A DNA stretch of 32,000 nucleotides from Psychrobacter sp. HD31 (GCF_051097895.1 NZ_CP142525.1:1620001-1652000), one strand, 5' to 3'; counted from the stretch's first letter, positions 10,004 to 19,680 are shown. Made by a program: numbers and translations. The notes: generated by a model not told the origin, from the sequence alone.

Positions 10004-10614
10004 AACGAACTCGCTACTGCTTGTATCTGTGCTAACACATTTGCTTGGTGAGCTTCTACATCATCAATTTCTGTCATTGTATCGACTGCTAGCTTTTTCA
10101 TGCGTAGCTCACCAAACTTATCTAATGCTGTGTTAAGCTTATTGGCTGCTGCAAGTATGCTATCAGTTGCTTGTTGGGGGGTCATGCCCGTTGGGTCTAC
10201 TACTGCTTGAATTTGATGCGGTACCTCGCCTTCATATTTTGCTGCTTTAAATTCAAGTGCTTGTTGCTCACGTACAGCATATTCGGCTTCAAAACGATTG
10301 AATTTTTGGTAAATAGCACTCACAGCATCATCAATACTAGCTTTAGCAAGTTGCTTTGCCGCTTCTAAAGCTTTTTGTTGAGCTTGTTCGTCGACAACCC
10401 AGCCGTCCGCTGTCAACTGCGCAAATTTATTCGGTGGTGCAATGTTAGTGATGATTTTTCCGTCAGTCCAAGCGTCAGCATTGCTATACTGTGCGTGTAT
10501 ATCTTTACCCACGCTAAAGTAAGCTGTACCGTCATCCTCGGCGTAAACGCCGACTGTCGGGTCTAAGTAGCCAAGCACTTTGTGTGTTGTAGGGTTGTAG
10601 TGTACTAAGTACAT
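10000..10614 (-). CDS. putative tail-fibre assembly / chaperone-like protein
   Basis: Position after the J-distal genes. Start set at MYLVHYNP (10614), which is preceded by AAGGAGA. Alpha-helical C-terminal half. Function assigned by position only. Confidence 0.35.
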   Translation of the reverse strand: MYLVHYNPTTHKVLGYLDPTVGVYAEDDGTAYFSVGKDIHAQYSNADAWTDGKIITNIAPPNKFAQLTADGWVVDEQAQQKALEAAKQLAKASIDDAVSAIYQKFNRFEAEYAVREQQALEFKAAKYEGEVPHQIQAVVDPTGMTPQQATDSILAAANKLNTALDKFGELRMKKLAVDTMTEIDDVEAHQANVLAQIQAVASSL

Positions 10615-10630
10615 AATTTTCTCCTTGTTT

Positions 10631-11239
10631 TTAGTAAAAACTCGTATCAATAACCAAACACTCGAAATAAAATGTGGATATCAAACGACTAGCATCTCCG
10701 TGATTTGTTTTTTTGCGTGCTAATTTCAGTGTTGTACCTTCCATTAAGCAAGCAACTGTGGACTCTTTTCCGTCTGCTGCAAACCATGGACTTGTGAGCG
10801 GAATAATTGCAACATTACTATGGCCATAATCTTTCGACCAGTAGACCCTTTCACCGTTTTCGTACCGTGCGTTATCTCTGATATCTATTTGCACAACGTC
10901 GAGTATGTTCAAACTTAAAAAAGCACTTGAAAAGGTTAATTTACCATTTTCGTCATATACTTCTATGCCGTATTTAGCATCAGATGGCGATGTCGTATAT
11001 CCGTAATCGAATACATGGATTAGACCTTTGCCATAAAATGAATGTGGGTAATCGCTCCCCCATATTGAATTATCTTCATATATTTTATATGTGCCAGTCG
11101 GCTGAATAGCGCAAACATCAAAAACGCTTAATCTATGTACGCCATCAACCGAAAAAGTATTAGACAGTCTTAAATCTATTGCGTTGTCAACAACTTGTTT
11201 ACGTCCTTCATCATCCATAATTAAAAAATTGGCAGCCAC
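10631..11239 (-). CDS. hypothetical tail-tip-associated protein
   Basis: GTG start overlapping the upstream stop (TAGTG). Lies downstream of J. No family recognised. Confidence 0.55.
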   Translation of the reverse strand: MAANFLIMDDEGRKQVVDNAIDLRLSNTFSVDGVHRLSVFDVCAIQPTGTYKIYEDNSIWGSDYPHSFYGKGLIHVFDYGYTTSPSDAKYGIEVYDENGKLTFSSAFLSLNILDVVQIDIRDNARYENGERVYWSKDYGHSNVAIIPLTSPWFAADGKESTVACLMEGTTLKLARKKTNHGDASRLISTFYFECLVIDTSFY

Positions 11240-11520
11240 TAATATACTCCCACTATTAATTTAATGTTGTTAATAACACCTCGATACCCGCAATAGATGC
11301 TGCATTTATCACCGACAAATGAAATGTTTATTTTGTTTCTACTGGATGCAGTTAAAGAGGGTATAATGATAAAAAAAGGTGTTTCAGTTAAAAACAAATC
11401 GCTAGTAAATTGATGTCTACTCCCGTAAGTAAGCTGTGCATCGCCAATAATTTTTAGTGTTCGTGTTGATGTGTCGAGCGTTTTTTCGCTATTTTCATTC
11501 CAAACCTGTAAGCCTTGCAT
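11239..11520 (-). CDS. hypothetical tail-tip-associated protein
   Basis: AAGGAG 8 nt upstream of the ATG. Lies directly after J. No family recognised. Confidence 0.55.
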   Translation of the reverse strand: MQGLQVWNENSEKTLDTSTRTLKIIGDAQLTYGSRHQFTSDLFLTETPFFIIIPSLTASSRNKINISFVGDKCSIYCGYRGVINNIKLIVGVY

Positions 11521-11532
11521 TTGTGATACTCC

Positions 11533-14500
11533 TTATGACAACTTGCCTAGTCTGACACGCAATCTGCCCGCATCATCATAAACTTCGATTTTTTCATGAG
11601 TGATTTTCAGGCCTTTATTGCCTGTAGCACTTTGGATAGTTGTTTTGCCGTACTTATCAACAATAAAACGGTTATTTATATTAAGCTGACCACCATTAAT
11701 GACAGGTGCGGTTAAGGTTTGGTTGGCTTTAATATGCTTACCTAAAATTGTACCTTCTGCGATTAAGTCTCCATTAACCGCAACTTGGTTATTGACTACG
11801 CTGAACATGGGCTTAACTGTACCGTCACTGGCATTTTTAACCACGCCAAACTTATCCGCCATTACTATTACTTGGCTTTCGACTGTTTTTTTGTTCGCCA
11901 TAGCACCAATAGAGATACCAGCTATAGCTCGCTTACCACCTGCTATTGCTTGAGTTTTAATGGTGTGCATTGATTTCGCTTTGCCAATGCTTGCTGTTAC
12001 AAGCTCAACATTAATCGCATTAATCTTAACTCTGCCTGTTTTGTTAGCATAGTTAGCAATGAACAACGGTGCTATCTTGCGTACTTTACCATCTAACTTG
12101 ATAACATTATCAAGTCCTGATATATCAATGTCATCACCAGCGATGTATATTTCTACATTCTGCCAATTGCCATTATCTGATGTGCTGTATGCGTACCATT
12201 GGGTATAATCTTTGGCTTCACCGTTACTATTATAAAAGTTGTCATCTTTGTCATAGCCAGCAACGCCTAAAGTCAGACTACCTGAACCGCTTTCTTTTTG
12301 CAGCTTGAAAGTTATCTTGTATAATGTCTGCTCCGACATCGCTAGCTTTTGACGTGCATAATACCAGCCATAATCATCTGCATTTGTATTGGCTCCGATA
12401 TAAACGGAACCTGAATTTGTAAAGCTTAGGTTTTTACATGATTTTCTAGCAATCCAATCTTTCTCAAACTCGGTCTTGTTAGCAAATGCATAGGATCCCG
12501 ATGTGACAAGTTTGTTTGCAACTTCTGCTGTTAAGCTTGTTACTTTGTTACTGATAGCTCGGTTGTTATCAGCAACCGTGGTTGTAAGCGTTGTTATCTT
12601 AGCAGTGTTACTGTTAGCTTTACTTTGCACAGTATCAATTCGATTAGATAGGGCATTATCTTTGCTTGCACGTGTCGTAGCTTCTTGAGTTATCTTAGCT
12701 GTGGTAGCACGTGCTAATTTAGTTGATGCTGTTACAAGCTCAACATTAATCGCATTAATCTTAACTCTGCCTGTTTTGTTAGCATAGTTAGCAATGAACA
12801 ACGGTGCTATCTTGCGTACTTTACCATCTAACTTGATAACATTATCAAGTCCTGATATATCAATGTCATCACCAGCGATGTATATTTCTACATTCTGCCA
12901 ATTGCCATTATCTGATGTGCTGTATGCGTACCATTGGGTATAATCTTTGGCTTCACCGTTACTATTATAAAAGTTGTCATCTTTGTCATAGCCAGCAACG
13001 CCTAAAGTCAGACTACCTGAACCGCTTTCTTTTTGCAGCTTGAAAGTTATCTTGTATAATGTCTGCTCCGACATCGCTAGCTTTTGACGTGCATAATACC
13101 AGCCATAATCATCTGCATTTGTATTGGCTCCGATATAAACGGAACCTGAATTTGTAAAGCTTAGGTTTTTACATGATTTTCTAGCAATCCAATCTTTCTC
13201 AAACTCGGTCTTGTTAGCAAATGCATAGGATCCCGATGTGACAAGTTTGTTTGCAACTTCTGCTGTTAAGCTTGTTACTTTGTTACTGATAGCTCGGTTG
13301 TTATCAGCAACCGTGGTTGTAAGCGTTGTTATCTTAGCAGTGTTACTGTTAGCTTTACTTTGCACAGTATCAATTCGATTAGATAGGGCATTATCTTTAC
13401 TTGCACGTGTTGTTGCTTCTTGAGTTATCTTAGCTGTGGTAGATTTATCTGCTCCGATGCGGTCTTTTTTCTCTTTAGATAATGCTGAATTCCAGCTCGA
13501 CTCGGCTTCTTCTAGTCGAACGGTTTGGGCATTGTCTTTGTTAGTGATGGTTGATTTTAGTCCGCTAATTTTTGCTTCAGCAGAAGCAACCGCTTTGGTG
13601 GTTTTCTTATCACCATCAATACGGGCTTTTTTCTCTTTAGATAAAGCCGAGTTCCAGCTCGATTCAGCTTGCTCAATCTGTTCCGTCAGTGTTTCGTTTT
13701 GGTCGGCTTGTGTCTTCTTGACTGCTGTGATATCGGCTGTGATACCACTAATATCACTGATTAAGTCCTCAGGTGTTGGTGACCAATCTGTCGCTAAGCC
13801 GCCATGTTCGAGCTTAAATTCAGATAGCCAAATAGTGCGATTAGTGGTTGATGTGGTAGCGATGATAACTTCATCACTGTCACCCTTGATGAAAGTGAAG
13901 TAACCATGCACCCATTCCTCTTTTTTAACCGTTTTTAGGTTTTTAGTTGCATCGCCATACCGCAACACAAGTGTTACTAGTGAATACGGACGGTAAAACT
14001 TGAACGAAAATGTTAACTCCTTACCTGTTTTTATGCCATCTGGAAGTTTGACAATGAAGTAAGCTTCATCTTTTTTAAGTTTAGTATAAAAGCACTTTTT
14101 ATTTAGTTTTTCGCTCGTGACAAATGTAGTCGCGACGGTATTCGAAAATAATGGATTTGTGACTGAGTAATTAGACGAATCAATAAGCAAGTTACGACCA
14201 CCCAGCTCAATATCACTTACTTTGCTGTTAAGTGTTGCGATTTGTTGAGCCGTGGATTTTTTGCTGTTCACAACCGTTTTGGTGAGTTGTTGTACACTAC
14301 TTTGTGTATCGTCTATTTCAGCGACCAAGGTATCACGTTCTGAAGCCTCCGCATTGTCTGCAAATATTCGAGCTTGTCGTTCTTCTTCTAAGCCCACTGC
14401 TAATCCTTCGTTAGAAGCCATTAACCGTTGAAGACGATTAGCATGTTGTTCGCTAGTAGTGTCTAGATCAGTTATTTGCGTATCAAACTCGCTTGCAAGG

Positions 14501-17091
14501 CTACTTAGACTGTCAGCACGTGCCGTTGCTTCCTCTCTAATAGCGGTAGCGTTATCATCGGCTTTATCTGATACCCTCGCAACCTCATCGGATATATCGC
14601 TTCTAACATCAGCAATCTCTGTTTTTGTCGCTTCTATTTCTGCGTCTAACTCACTTTTAGCACTATCCACACTTGTATCAATATCAGCTTGTAAGCTATC
14701 AATTAAAGATTGAGCGAGTTCAGTTTCTGTTATTTGGCCGCTGATTGACTTAACAATCTCGCTAGCGTCATCGCTACATTGTCCGCTGATAGTCGCCCAA
14801 TCGCCAGCGTTGCCGTGTTCATCAATGATACGCAACCAAAAGTAGTGGGTTTCATTAAGTTTAATGCCATTTTGGGTGAATGTGTCGGTTGGGTATGGCA
14901 GTGTTGCGACTTTTGTTGCAGAACTTCTAAAAGTTGTCTTACTGCGATAAATTTCAATCTTAGCTTTATTGACTATGGTGGTTGGATTTGTCCAGTCAAG
15001 CTTAATAGCAAACAGTTCAGCGGTGGCTTTTAATCCATTGATGTCATAACTGATTGACCACTCTTTAATCACTGGGTCTGTTAGCTGACCGTTTGCCGAT
15101 TTACCACGGATTTCTGCTCTGTAGTCGCCATTTGATAAGCCCTTTAAACGGATTTCTGGCGTGTCTTGGGTGTAGGTCTTATATAGCTTATCGTCTTTAT
15201 ATATCTTAATCAGATATTGACTTGTATTAGTACCATCCCATGCAATTAACAGCTCATCACCATCTTTGGATACGTTGCCGTAGTTTATGTGCGGCAAATG
15301 TTTAGTTGCTAAATTCTCACGCTCAAATGTCACGCCATCATCGACAATCGCTTCTTTGTCTTCATCATGCGTGACGGCAGAGATTGTATAAGTGCCGCCG
15401 CTATTCTCTTTGATTCCAAGTGCTCTAAACAAGCGTGGCTTAACGTCTGTTTTAGTCGCGCTAAAAACACTCAGCTGTTCAATTCCTTCTGGGGTTTCTG
15501 CTAGTGTGATTTGGTCGTCATTAATACTGACTACATCAACAACTCTACTTTGCCCGTTGTTGTAGTAACGTATGCTATCAATGTCTGTAATTGGGCTATC
15601 AACAGTAATAACATTCTCTGACACGGCTAATACACGTCCACCAATTAAGTCACCAGCGTAGTCATTGTCGGCGATTTCGATAATATCAAAAGGTAAATGA
15701 CGGATGCCCTCACGCCCAACCGTAAACGATACCATCTGACCTTCGCGGATTGACGTTTCGATAAGCCACTTACCGAAGCGTGCTGCCTGCCCACGGCTTG
15801 TGCAAGCAAACGCCGTGATTTGCTTAACATTCAGCCCGTAACGTCTGACTGCATCATCATTAGACACATACTCGGTTTGTGTTTTAGCTGTCTGACTGTC
15901 AATATATTTGACATGCACCGCGGTAAAAATGGTTTTTTTAGCTGCGCCCGAATACACAAATCCATCTTTTTCAACATTGCTATTAGTATATGTAGCTACT
16001 GGGTCTTTTTTTGCGTCTTGTAATGCTATTACTTTTTGACCGTCCCACACAGCGATGCCTCGGAACACGCTCGCCAAGTCATCTAATACAGATTTAGCGT
16101 TGCGAGGGCTAGACAAGTATGCGTTACAAGTAAAGCGTGGCTCTGTACCGCCAAAGCCATCTGGTACCATCTGGTCGCAATATTTGGCGATTTGGTACAG
16201 CCACCATTTATCACTGCCAAAGCCTTCCAAGCGTTCACCAAAGCCATAGCGTTTATCTGTCACTATGTCATAAAACACCCAGGCAGGGTTATTTGACCAT
16301 GCGGTTTTAAACTCACCATTCCAAATACCTTCATAGGTGCGATTAATGGGGTTATAGTTAGCTGGTACTTTAAGTTGCGTCCAGCGGTTTTTATAGGTGC
16401 GTGTGGGTATTTTGCCGCCGAATTGGGCAGAATCTATCTCTAAGCCAACCACAACCGAATGCGGAAAGCTAAACTTAGCGTGTATTGACTCAACATAGCT
16501 TACCCAGTGCGTTTTGTTAGACACTTTGTCTGTTGTGCTGTCAGGGGTATTGCGGTGTACGCTAATGTTGAAAGGTGGGTCTGGCAATTCTGTCAACACA
16601 ACATCTTGATGATATGCAGACGTTGTTTTACCGCTGATAGTAACAGGATAACTCTTATCACCACACATGACTGTTAATGACACAGCACCGCCAACACGGT
16701 CGCCGTTGTCTTTCATTGTCACTAATGAACCAAGAGCAAGGGTGACACGTACACTATCAATTAACGGGTCAGTAATCGTACGAGTAATAGGCGTGTCTTG
16801 CTTGACTTCTGCACCGACTGATACGATTTTATCGGTCGTGTCAAAACCTGCCAAGTAGTCTTGATTATGGGTACCTGGTAATGCAGATACTTTGATGCCG
16901 GTGAAGTTATAGCTGCCGTCGTCGTTTTGAATTGGTGTGTTATCAAGATAGATATTTTTAAATGTTACGTCACTGCCAACAACGCCCTCGCACAACAAAT
17001 CAATGATTTTAATTTTTTGTGCTGATTCTAGTGTGTTTGGTGCTTCGTATGGTGTGTGACCACCACCGCCGCCTTTGCCGCCACCGCCCAT
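11533..17091 (-). CDS. host-specificity / tip attachment protein J (central tail fibre), enlarged to 1852 aa
   Basis: MGGGGKGGGGGHTPYEAPNTLES N-terminus. Conserved J core and FN3-like repeats. Then a long coiled-coil region with three beta-sandwich modules and a J-type C-terminal end. Follows I, K, L and M. Confidence 0.92.
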   Translation of the reverse strand: MGGGGKGGGGGHTPYEAPNTLESAQKIKIIDLLCEGVVGSDVTFKNIYLDNTPIQNDDGSYNFTGIKVSALPGTHNQDYLAGFDTTDKIVSVGAEVKQDTPITRTITDPLIDSVRVTLALGSLVTMKDNGDRVGGAVSLTVMCGDKSYPVTISGKTTSAYHQDVVLTELPDPPFNISVHRNTPDSTTDKVSNKTHWVSYVESIHAKFSFPHSVVVGLEIDSAQFGGKIPTRTYKNRWTQLKVPANYNPINRTYEGIWNGEFKTAWSNNPAWVFYDIVTDKRYGFGERLEGFGSDKWWLYQIAKYCDQMVPDGFGGTEPRFTCNAYLSSPRNAKSVLDDLASVFRGIAVWDGQKVIALQDAKKDPVATYTNSNVEKDGFVYSGAAKKTIFTAVHVKYIDSQTAKTQTEYVSNDDAVRRYGLNVKQITAFACTSRGQAARFGKWLIETSIREGQMVSFTVGREGIRHLPFDIIEIADNDYAGDLIGGRVLAVSENVITVDSPITDIDSIRYYNNGQSRVVDVVSINDDQITLAETPEGIEQLSVFSATKTDVKPRLFRALGIKENSGGTYTISAVTHDEDKEAIVDDGVTFERENLATKHLPHINYGNVSKDGDELLIAWDGTNTSQYLIKIYKDDKLYKTYTQDTPEIRLKGLSNGDYRAEIRGKSANGQLTDPVIKEWSISYDINGLKATAELFAIKLDWTNPTTIVNKAKIEIYRSKTTFRSSATKVATLPYPTDTFTQNGIKLNETHYFWLRIIDEHGNAGDWATISGQCSDDASEIVKSISGQITETELAQSLIDSLQADIDTSVDSAKSELDAEIEATKTEIADVRSDISDEVARVSDKADDNATAIREEATARADSLSSLASEFDTQITDLDTTSEQHANRLQRLMASNEGLAVGLEEERQARIFADNAEASERDTLVAEIDDTQSSVQQLTKTVVNSKKSTAQQIATLNSKVSDIELGGRNLLIDSSNYSVTNPLFSNTVATTFVTSEKLNKKCFYTKLKKDEAYFIVKLPDGIKTGKELTFSFKFYRPYSLVTLVLRYGDATKNLKTVKKEEWVHGYFTFIKGDSDEVIIATTSTTNRTIWLSEFKLEHGGLATDWSPTPEDLISDISGITADITAVKKTQADQNETLTEQIEQAESSWNSALSKEKKARIDGDKKTTKAVASAEAKISGLKSTITNKDNAQTVRLEEAESSWNSALSKEKKDRIGADKSTTAKITQEATTRASKDNALSNRIDTVQSKANSNTAKITTLTTTVADNNRAISNKVTSLTAEVANKLVTSGSYAFANKTEFEKDWIARKSCKNLSFTNSGSVYIGANTNADDYGWYYARQKLAMSEQTLYKITFKLQKESGSGSLTLGVAGYDKDDNFYNSNGEAKDYTQWYAYSTSDNGNWQNVEIYIAGDDIDISGLDNVIKLDGKVRKIAPLFIANYANKTGRVKINAINVELVTASTKLARATTAKITQEATTRASKDNALSNRIDTVQSKANSNTAKITTLTTTVADNNRAISNKVTSLTAEVANKLVTSGSYAFANKTEFEKDWIARKSCKNLSFTNSGSVYIGANTNADDYGWYYARQKLAMSEQTLYKITFKLQKESGSGSLTLGVAGYDKDDNFYNSNGEAKDYTQWYAYSTSDNGNWQNVEIYIAGDDIDISGLDNVIKLDGKVRKIAPLFIANYANKTGRVKINAINVELVTASIGKAKSMHTIKTQAIAGGKRAIAGISIGAMANKKTVESQVIVMADKFGVVKNASDGTVKPMFSVVNNQVAVNGDLIAEGTILGKHIKANQTLTAPVINGGQLNINNRFIVDKYGKTTIQSATGNKGLKITHEKIEVYDDAGRLRVRLGKLS
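11992..13442 (-). repeat. tandem duplication, period 735 bp (245 codons), inside J
   Basis: 11992..12663 is identical to 12727..13398 (672 bp, checked line by line). Only 3 mismatches follow (12664/13399, 12676/13411, 12679/13414), all synonymous. 12708..12726 is a unique 19-bp joint. Confidence 0.95.
13464..13671 (-). repeat. diverged 162-bp (54-codon) internal repeat in the J coiled-coil region
   Basis: AESSWNSALSKEKK(A/D)RI motif encoded twice (13464..13509 and 13626..13671), with several nucleotide differences. Confidence 0.8.
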
Positions 17092-17804
17092 TATGCTGTC
17101 CTTACTGTATAATTAACTGCTCTTACGCTGTCATCGTCTGCATCTAAGTTGTAGTTATCGTGTGCCATCGGTGCGTGATAGTCACGTGTCTGTGTGATTT
17201 GTTTTGCGTCTTGTTTTTCTATGTCGCCGCTGACTCTGTAGCTTTCTATTGATTGTGATATGACTTTACTGCCAATCATAATGTCGCCATATGCCACGCC
17301 CACGCATGAGCCTTGTGCTGTGTTATTACCAAGACTGCTAAACGATGATGAGCGTGATTTGGTTGTGTCATCAGTATCACCAAAGCTGGGCTGTTTGGCT
17401 AACATTTGAGCCACACCGCCGAGAGCAAGGCTAAGCCCAGCTGTCAGCGCTACTGTTGAGGTCAACACTCCAAAACCTAAGGCACCTGCTGGTGGAATAA
17501 AAAAGGATGCTGCAATAAGTGCAACCCCAAGTATGATTTGCCCATATTTACCTGCGCCTGCAATTTCTGGGACGATGTGTATAACGTCATTGTCTGTTAA
17601 GTCACGACTTAAATCCTTGTCTATTGTTTTGTCGCTAACATCTTTTTTGGCGACTCGCACAAAATAACCGCCGTCTGCTATGCGTTTTTGCAAACCGTTA
17701 ATTTGGCTAAATAACGCACGCAATGCCTCGCTTGCTGTCGCAACATGCAAGTCAAAACGTGTGCCAAAGTCTTGCAAGTCACCATATAGTCTTACTATTG
17801 CCAT
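17091..17804 (-). CDS. tail assembly protein, lambda gpI family
   Basis: (L/I)YGDLQ-F N-terminus, IHIVP motif, Gly/Ala-rich hydrophobic centre and GGVAQMLA motif as in lambda I. Lies between K and J. Confidence 0.88.
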   Translation of the reverse strand: MAIVRLYGDLQDFGTRFDLHVATASEALRALFSQINGLQKRIADGGYFVRVAKKDVSDKTIDKDLSRDLTDNDVIHIVPEIAGAGKYGQIILGVALIAASFFIPPAGALGFGVLTSTVALTAGLSLALGGVAQMLAKQPSFGDTDDTTKSRSSSFSSLGNNTAQGSCVGVAYGDIMIGSKVISQSIESYRVSGDIEKQDAKQITQTRDYHAPMAHDNYNLDADDDSVRAVNYTVRTA

Positions 17805-17815
17805 TATTAATCCCG

Positions 17816-18526
17816 TTATCCTTGTGCCTGTAAATCGTTGTTAATCGCTGTCATCATTTGTGGTTGCCAATCTTTATGTCGCCAAACTGAATGCATGGTT
17901 TTATGCCAAACTTCGCAAAATCCCTCACGTCTGGATAGTCCCCCATAGGGGTGGTGTAATACTTCCTCATCGCCTAAATAAATACTGGCATGGTTGGCAT
18001 TACCGCGGATGGACGTGAGTATCACGTCTCCTTGTTGTATCTCGTCAAGCGGCACTTGATAAAATCCAGCTTTAGGAAAATTGGCGATAAAAGCATTGTC
18101 TGCAATCTCTTGTGCTTCGCCTTTACGTTCATACTTCATTAGCTGAATACCACACAACATATAGGCATCTTCAACAAGTCCGTAACAATCATGTGTGCCG
18201 TATTCAAATGTGCGACCACGCAATAGCGGTGTGTATCTATACTTGATGATTTCCCAATTATCTTTATCAGCAACTGCCAGCCACCAATCAAGGCGTGATT
18301 TGTGCTGTGCCGACCTGTCCGCACCACTTAAAAACCGTTGACCTTGTGGGTGGCTATGCACAATAACGTCACAAGGTTGCCAGTCGTCTGGGCTAATACG
18401 GAATGTTTCGGTTGGGTCATCTGCAACATTGGCGCATGGGATATATGCACCGTCCAAAATCAAACCGCAACTTTCTTGCGGATGTTCTTGTTTGGCATGG
18501 TTAATGATTTGTTCTGCCAGCGTCAT
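17816..18526 (-). CDS. tail tip assembly protein, lambda gpK family (JAB/MPN plus NlpC/P60 domains)
   Basis: ESCGLIL and HSHPQG (JAMM) motifs, plus HDCYGLV (NlpC/P60 Cys). Confidence 0.9.
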   Translation of the reverse strand: MTLAEQIINHAKQEHPQESCGLILDGAYIPCANVADDPTETFRISPDDWQPCDVIVHSHPQGQRFLSGADRSAQHKSRLDWWLAVADKDNWEIIKYRYTPLLRGRTFEYGTHDCYGLVEDAYMLCGIQLMKYERKGEAQEIADNAFIANFPKAGFYQVPLDEIQQGDVILTSIRGNANHASIYLGDEEVLHHPYGGLSRREGFCEVWHKTMHSVWRHKDWQPQMMTAINNDLQAQG

Positions 18527-19230
18527 AATTTATCTACTCCAACAAATCCGCCAAACGGCAACACTGCTTTTTTGCCAAAGCGAGCACGGCAGCCCTGCAA
18601 GCATTTACTGCATTTGTCTTTTTTGGGGTCATCAGTTGGCTGGTCGTATTCATCTGCCACTGCATGCCCCGTGTATCCACAGCCATCGCCACGGTATGCC
18701 CAGTTGCAAGTGTTTGCCACGATAATCCGTTTGGGTAGTACGGCACCGTCAGTTTCACTTGGTACCGCTAATTCAAAAGTGGCGGATTGATTTGTAAGTG
18801 CTGAGTAGCGTTCAATAACAAAGCGTGATACTAGCTGGGCGTTTGGGTCTGCGTTTGGATTTGTACCATCTGCAAAGTTAACTGAATCTAAGTGCTTGGC
18901 ATACACTTGACGCCGTGTGACTTTAGCACCAATACCGCCCTGATAATTTTCCACCACGCCAGTCACCAAGCCATATATATTAGATAAGGTAATATTGGGG
19001 CGGTTGCTTGCGCCCTCACTTTTTAACTCAAAGCCGTCTGCTTGGATTGGGTACGGCTGATATGGCACACCTTGCCACACTACGGATTGACCGAGTTCGT
19101 TGGTTTGGTTACAAAAATGGTATTCTTCACCGCCAAAGCTCGTCATATCAATGTCAAACAGCTCAAGTAATACATCTTGTTCTAACTTAGTGATTTCTTG
19201 CTGTTGTGAGTCGGTTAATTCTCTACTCAT
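18523..19230 (-). CDS. minor tail protein L
   Basis: Near-colinear with lambda L: TETDGAV, ANTC-W-YRG--CGY-G-AVADEYDQPT and KDKCSKCL-GC. ATGA overlap with M fixes the start at 19230. Confidence 0.93.
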   Translation of the reverse strand: MSRELTDSQQQEITKLEQDVLLELFDIDMTSFGGEEYHFCNQTNELGQSVVWQGVPYQPYPIQADGFELKSEGASNRPNITLSNIYGLVTGVVENYQGGIGAKVTRRQVYAKHLDSVNFADGTNPNADPNAQLVSRFVIERYSALTNQSATFELAVPSETDGAVLPKRIIVANTCNWAYRGDGCGYTGHAVADEYDQPTDDPKKDKCSKCLQGCRARFGKKAVLPFGGFVGVDKL

Positions 19231-19556
19231 GCTAATACCTGCTGCATTGTCCATGTTAGCGACCAGTCACTGCCGCCTTGTGGACTTCGTGTTACGTCTT
19301 TAGCTATGTACTTACGCAATGGCTCGTCACTGGTTACACGCCACCAAAATGCCGTGACTGTATGTGCGTCTAAAAATGCTTTGATTTCGTCAATTTTTGC
19401 TTTTGTGTCAACACGGCTGGCTTGCCAATGTTCAAGCTTGGGGGCAAGTCCTTTTTTTTGGCGTTGGGCGTAGCCGTTACCAAATTGAACGATGTTGACG
19501 TCATCGTCTGTTTTGCCAGTGGCTTTGATACCGATGTCATAAGTAAATGTTTTCAT
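19227..19556 (-). CDS. minor tail protein M
   Basis: 109 aa. FGNGY-QR motif and position upstream of L, as for lambda M. Confidence 0.85.
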   Translation of the reverse strand: MKTFTYDIGIKATGKTDDDVNIVQFGNGYAQRQKKGLAPKLEHWQASRVDTKAKIDEIKAFLDAHTVTAFWWRVTSDEPLRKYIAKDVTRSPQGGSDWSLTWTMQQVLA

Positions 19557-19614
19557 AGTAAAGATGTTATCAATACATAGCTTGTTCTGTAATTAAAGTG
19601 ATTTACTGATTTTT
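19554..19614 (-). promoter_or_regulatory. conserved late-operon leader element, copy C (upstream of gpM)
   Basis: 61 nt colinear with 31641..31702. The 28-nt block matches 25/28, the 12-nt block GTTA(T/G)CAATACA matches 11/12, and both sit at the same 9-nt distance from the ATG. Confidence 0.6.
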
Positions 19615-19621
19615 GAGCACT

Positions 19622-19653
19622 AAAAAAGCCCTTTTAACGATGGTTAAAGGGGC
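19622..19653 (-). terminator. intrinsic terminator after the antirepressor cassette
   Basis: GCCCCTTTAAC / GTTAAAAGGGC stem (one mismatch) followed by U6 on the minus strand. Confidence 0.7.
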
Positions 19654-19680
19654 TTTTAAAACAATTAAAAGGTGTGGTGC

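Noticed and set aside
12503-13423. Two identical 61-aa plus-strand ORFs (12503..12688 and 13238..13423).
   Set aside because: They are antisense shadows of the duplicated J segment. Their identity merely reflects the 735-bp tandem repeat. They have no RBS and are low-complexity Leu/Val/Ala/Ser sequence.
11992-13442. Diversity-generating retroelement (template/variable repeat pair) acting on the J C-terminal region.
   Set aside because: No reverse transcriptase lies in the window. The repeats are tandem and in-frame. The only three differences (G/A, C/T, A/T) are synonymous and not adenine-specific.
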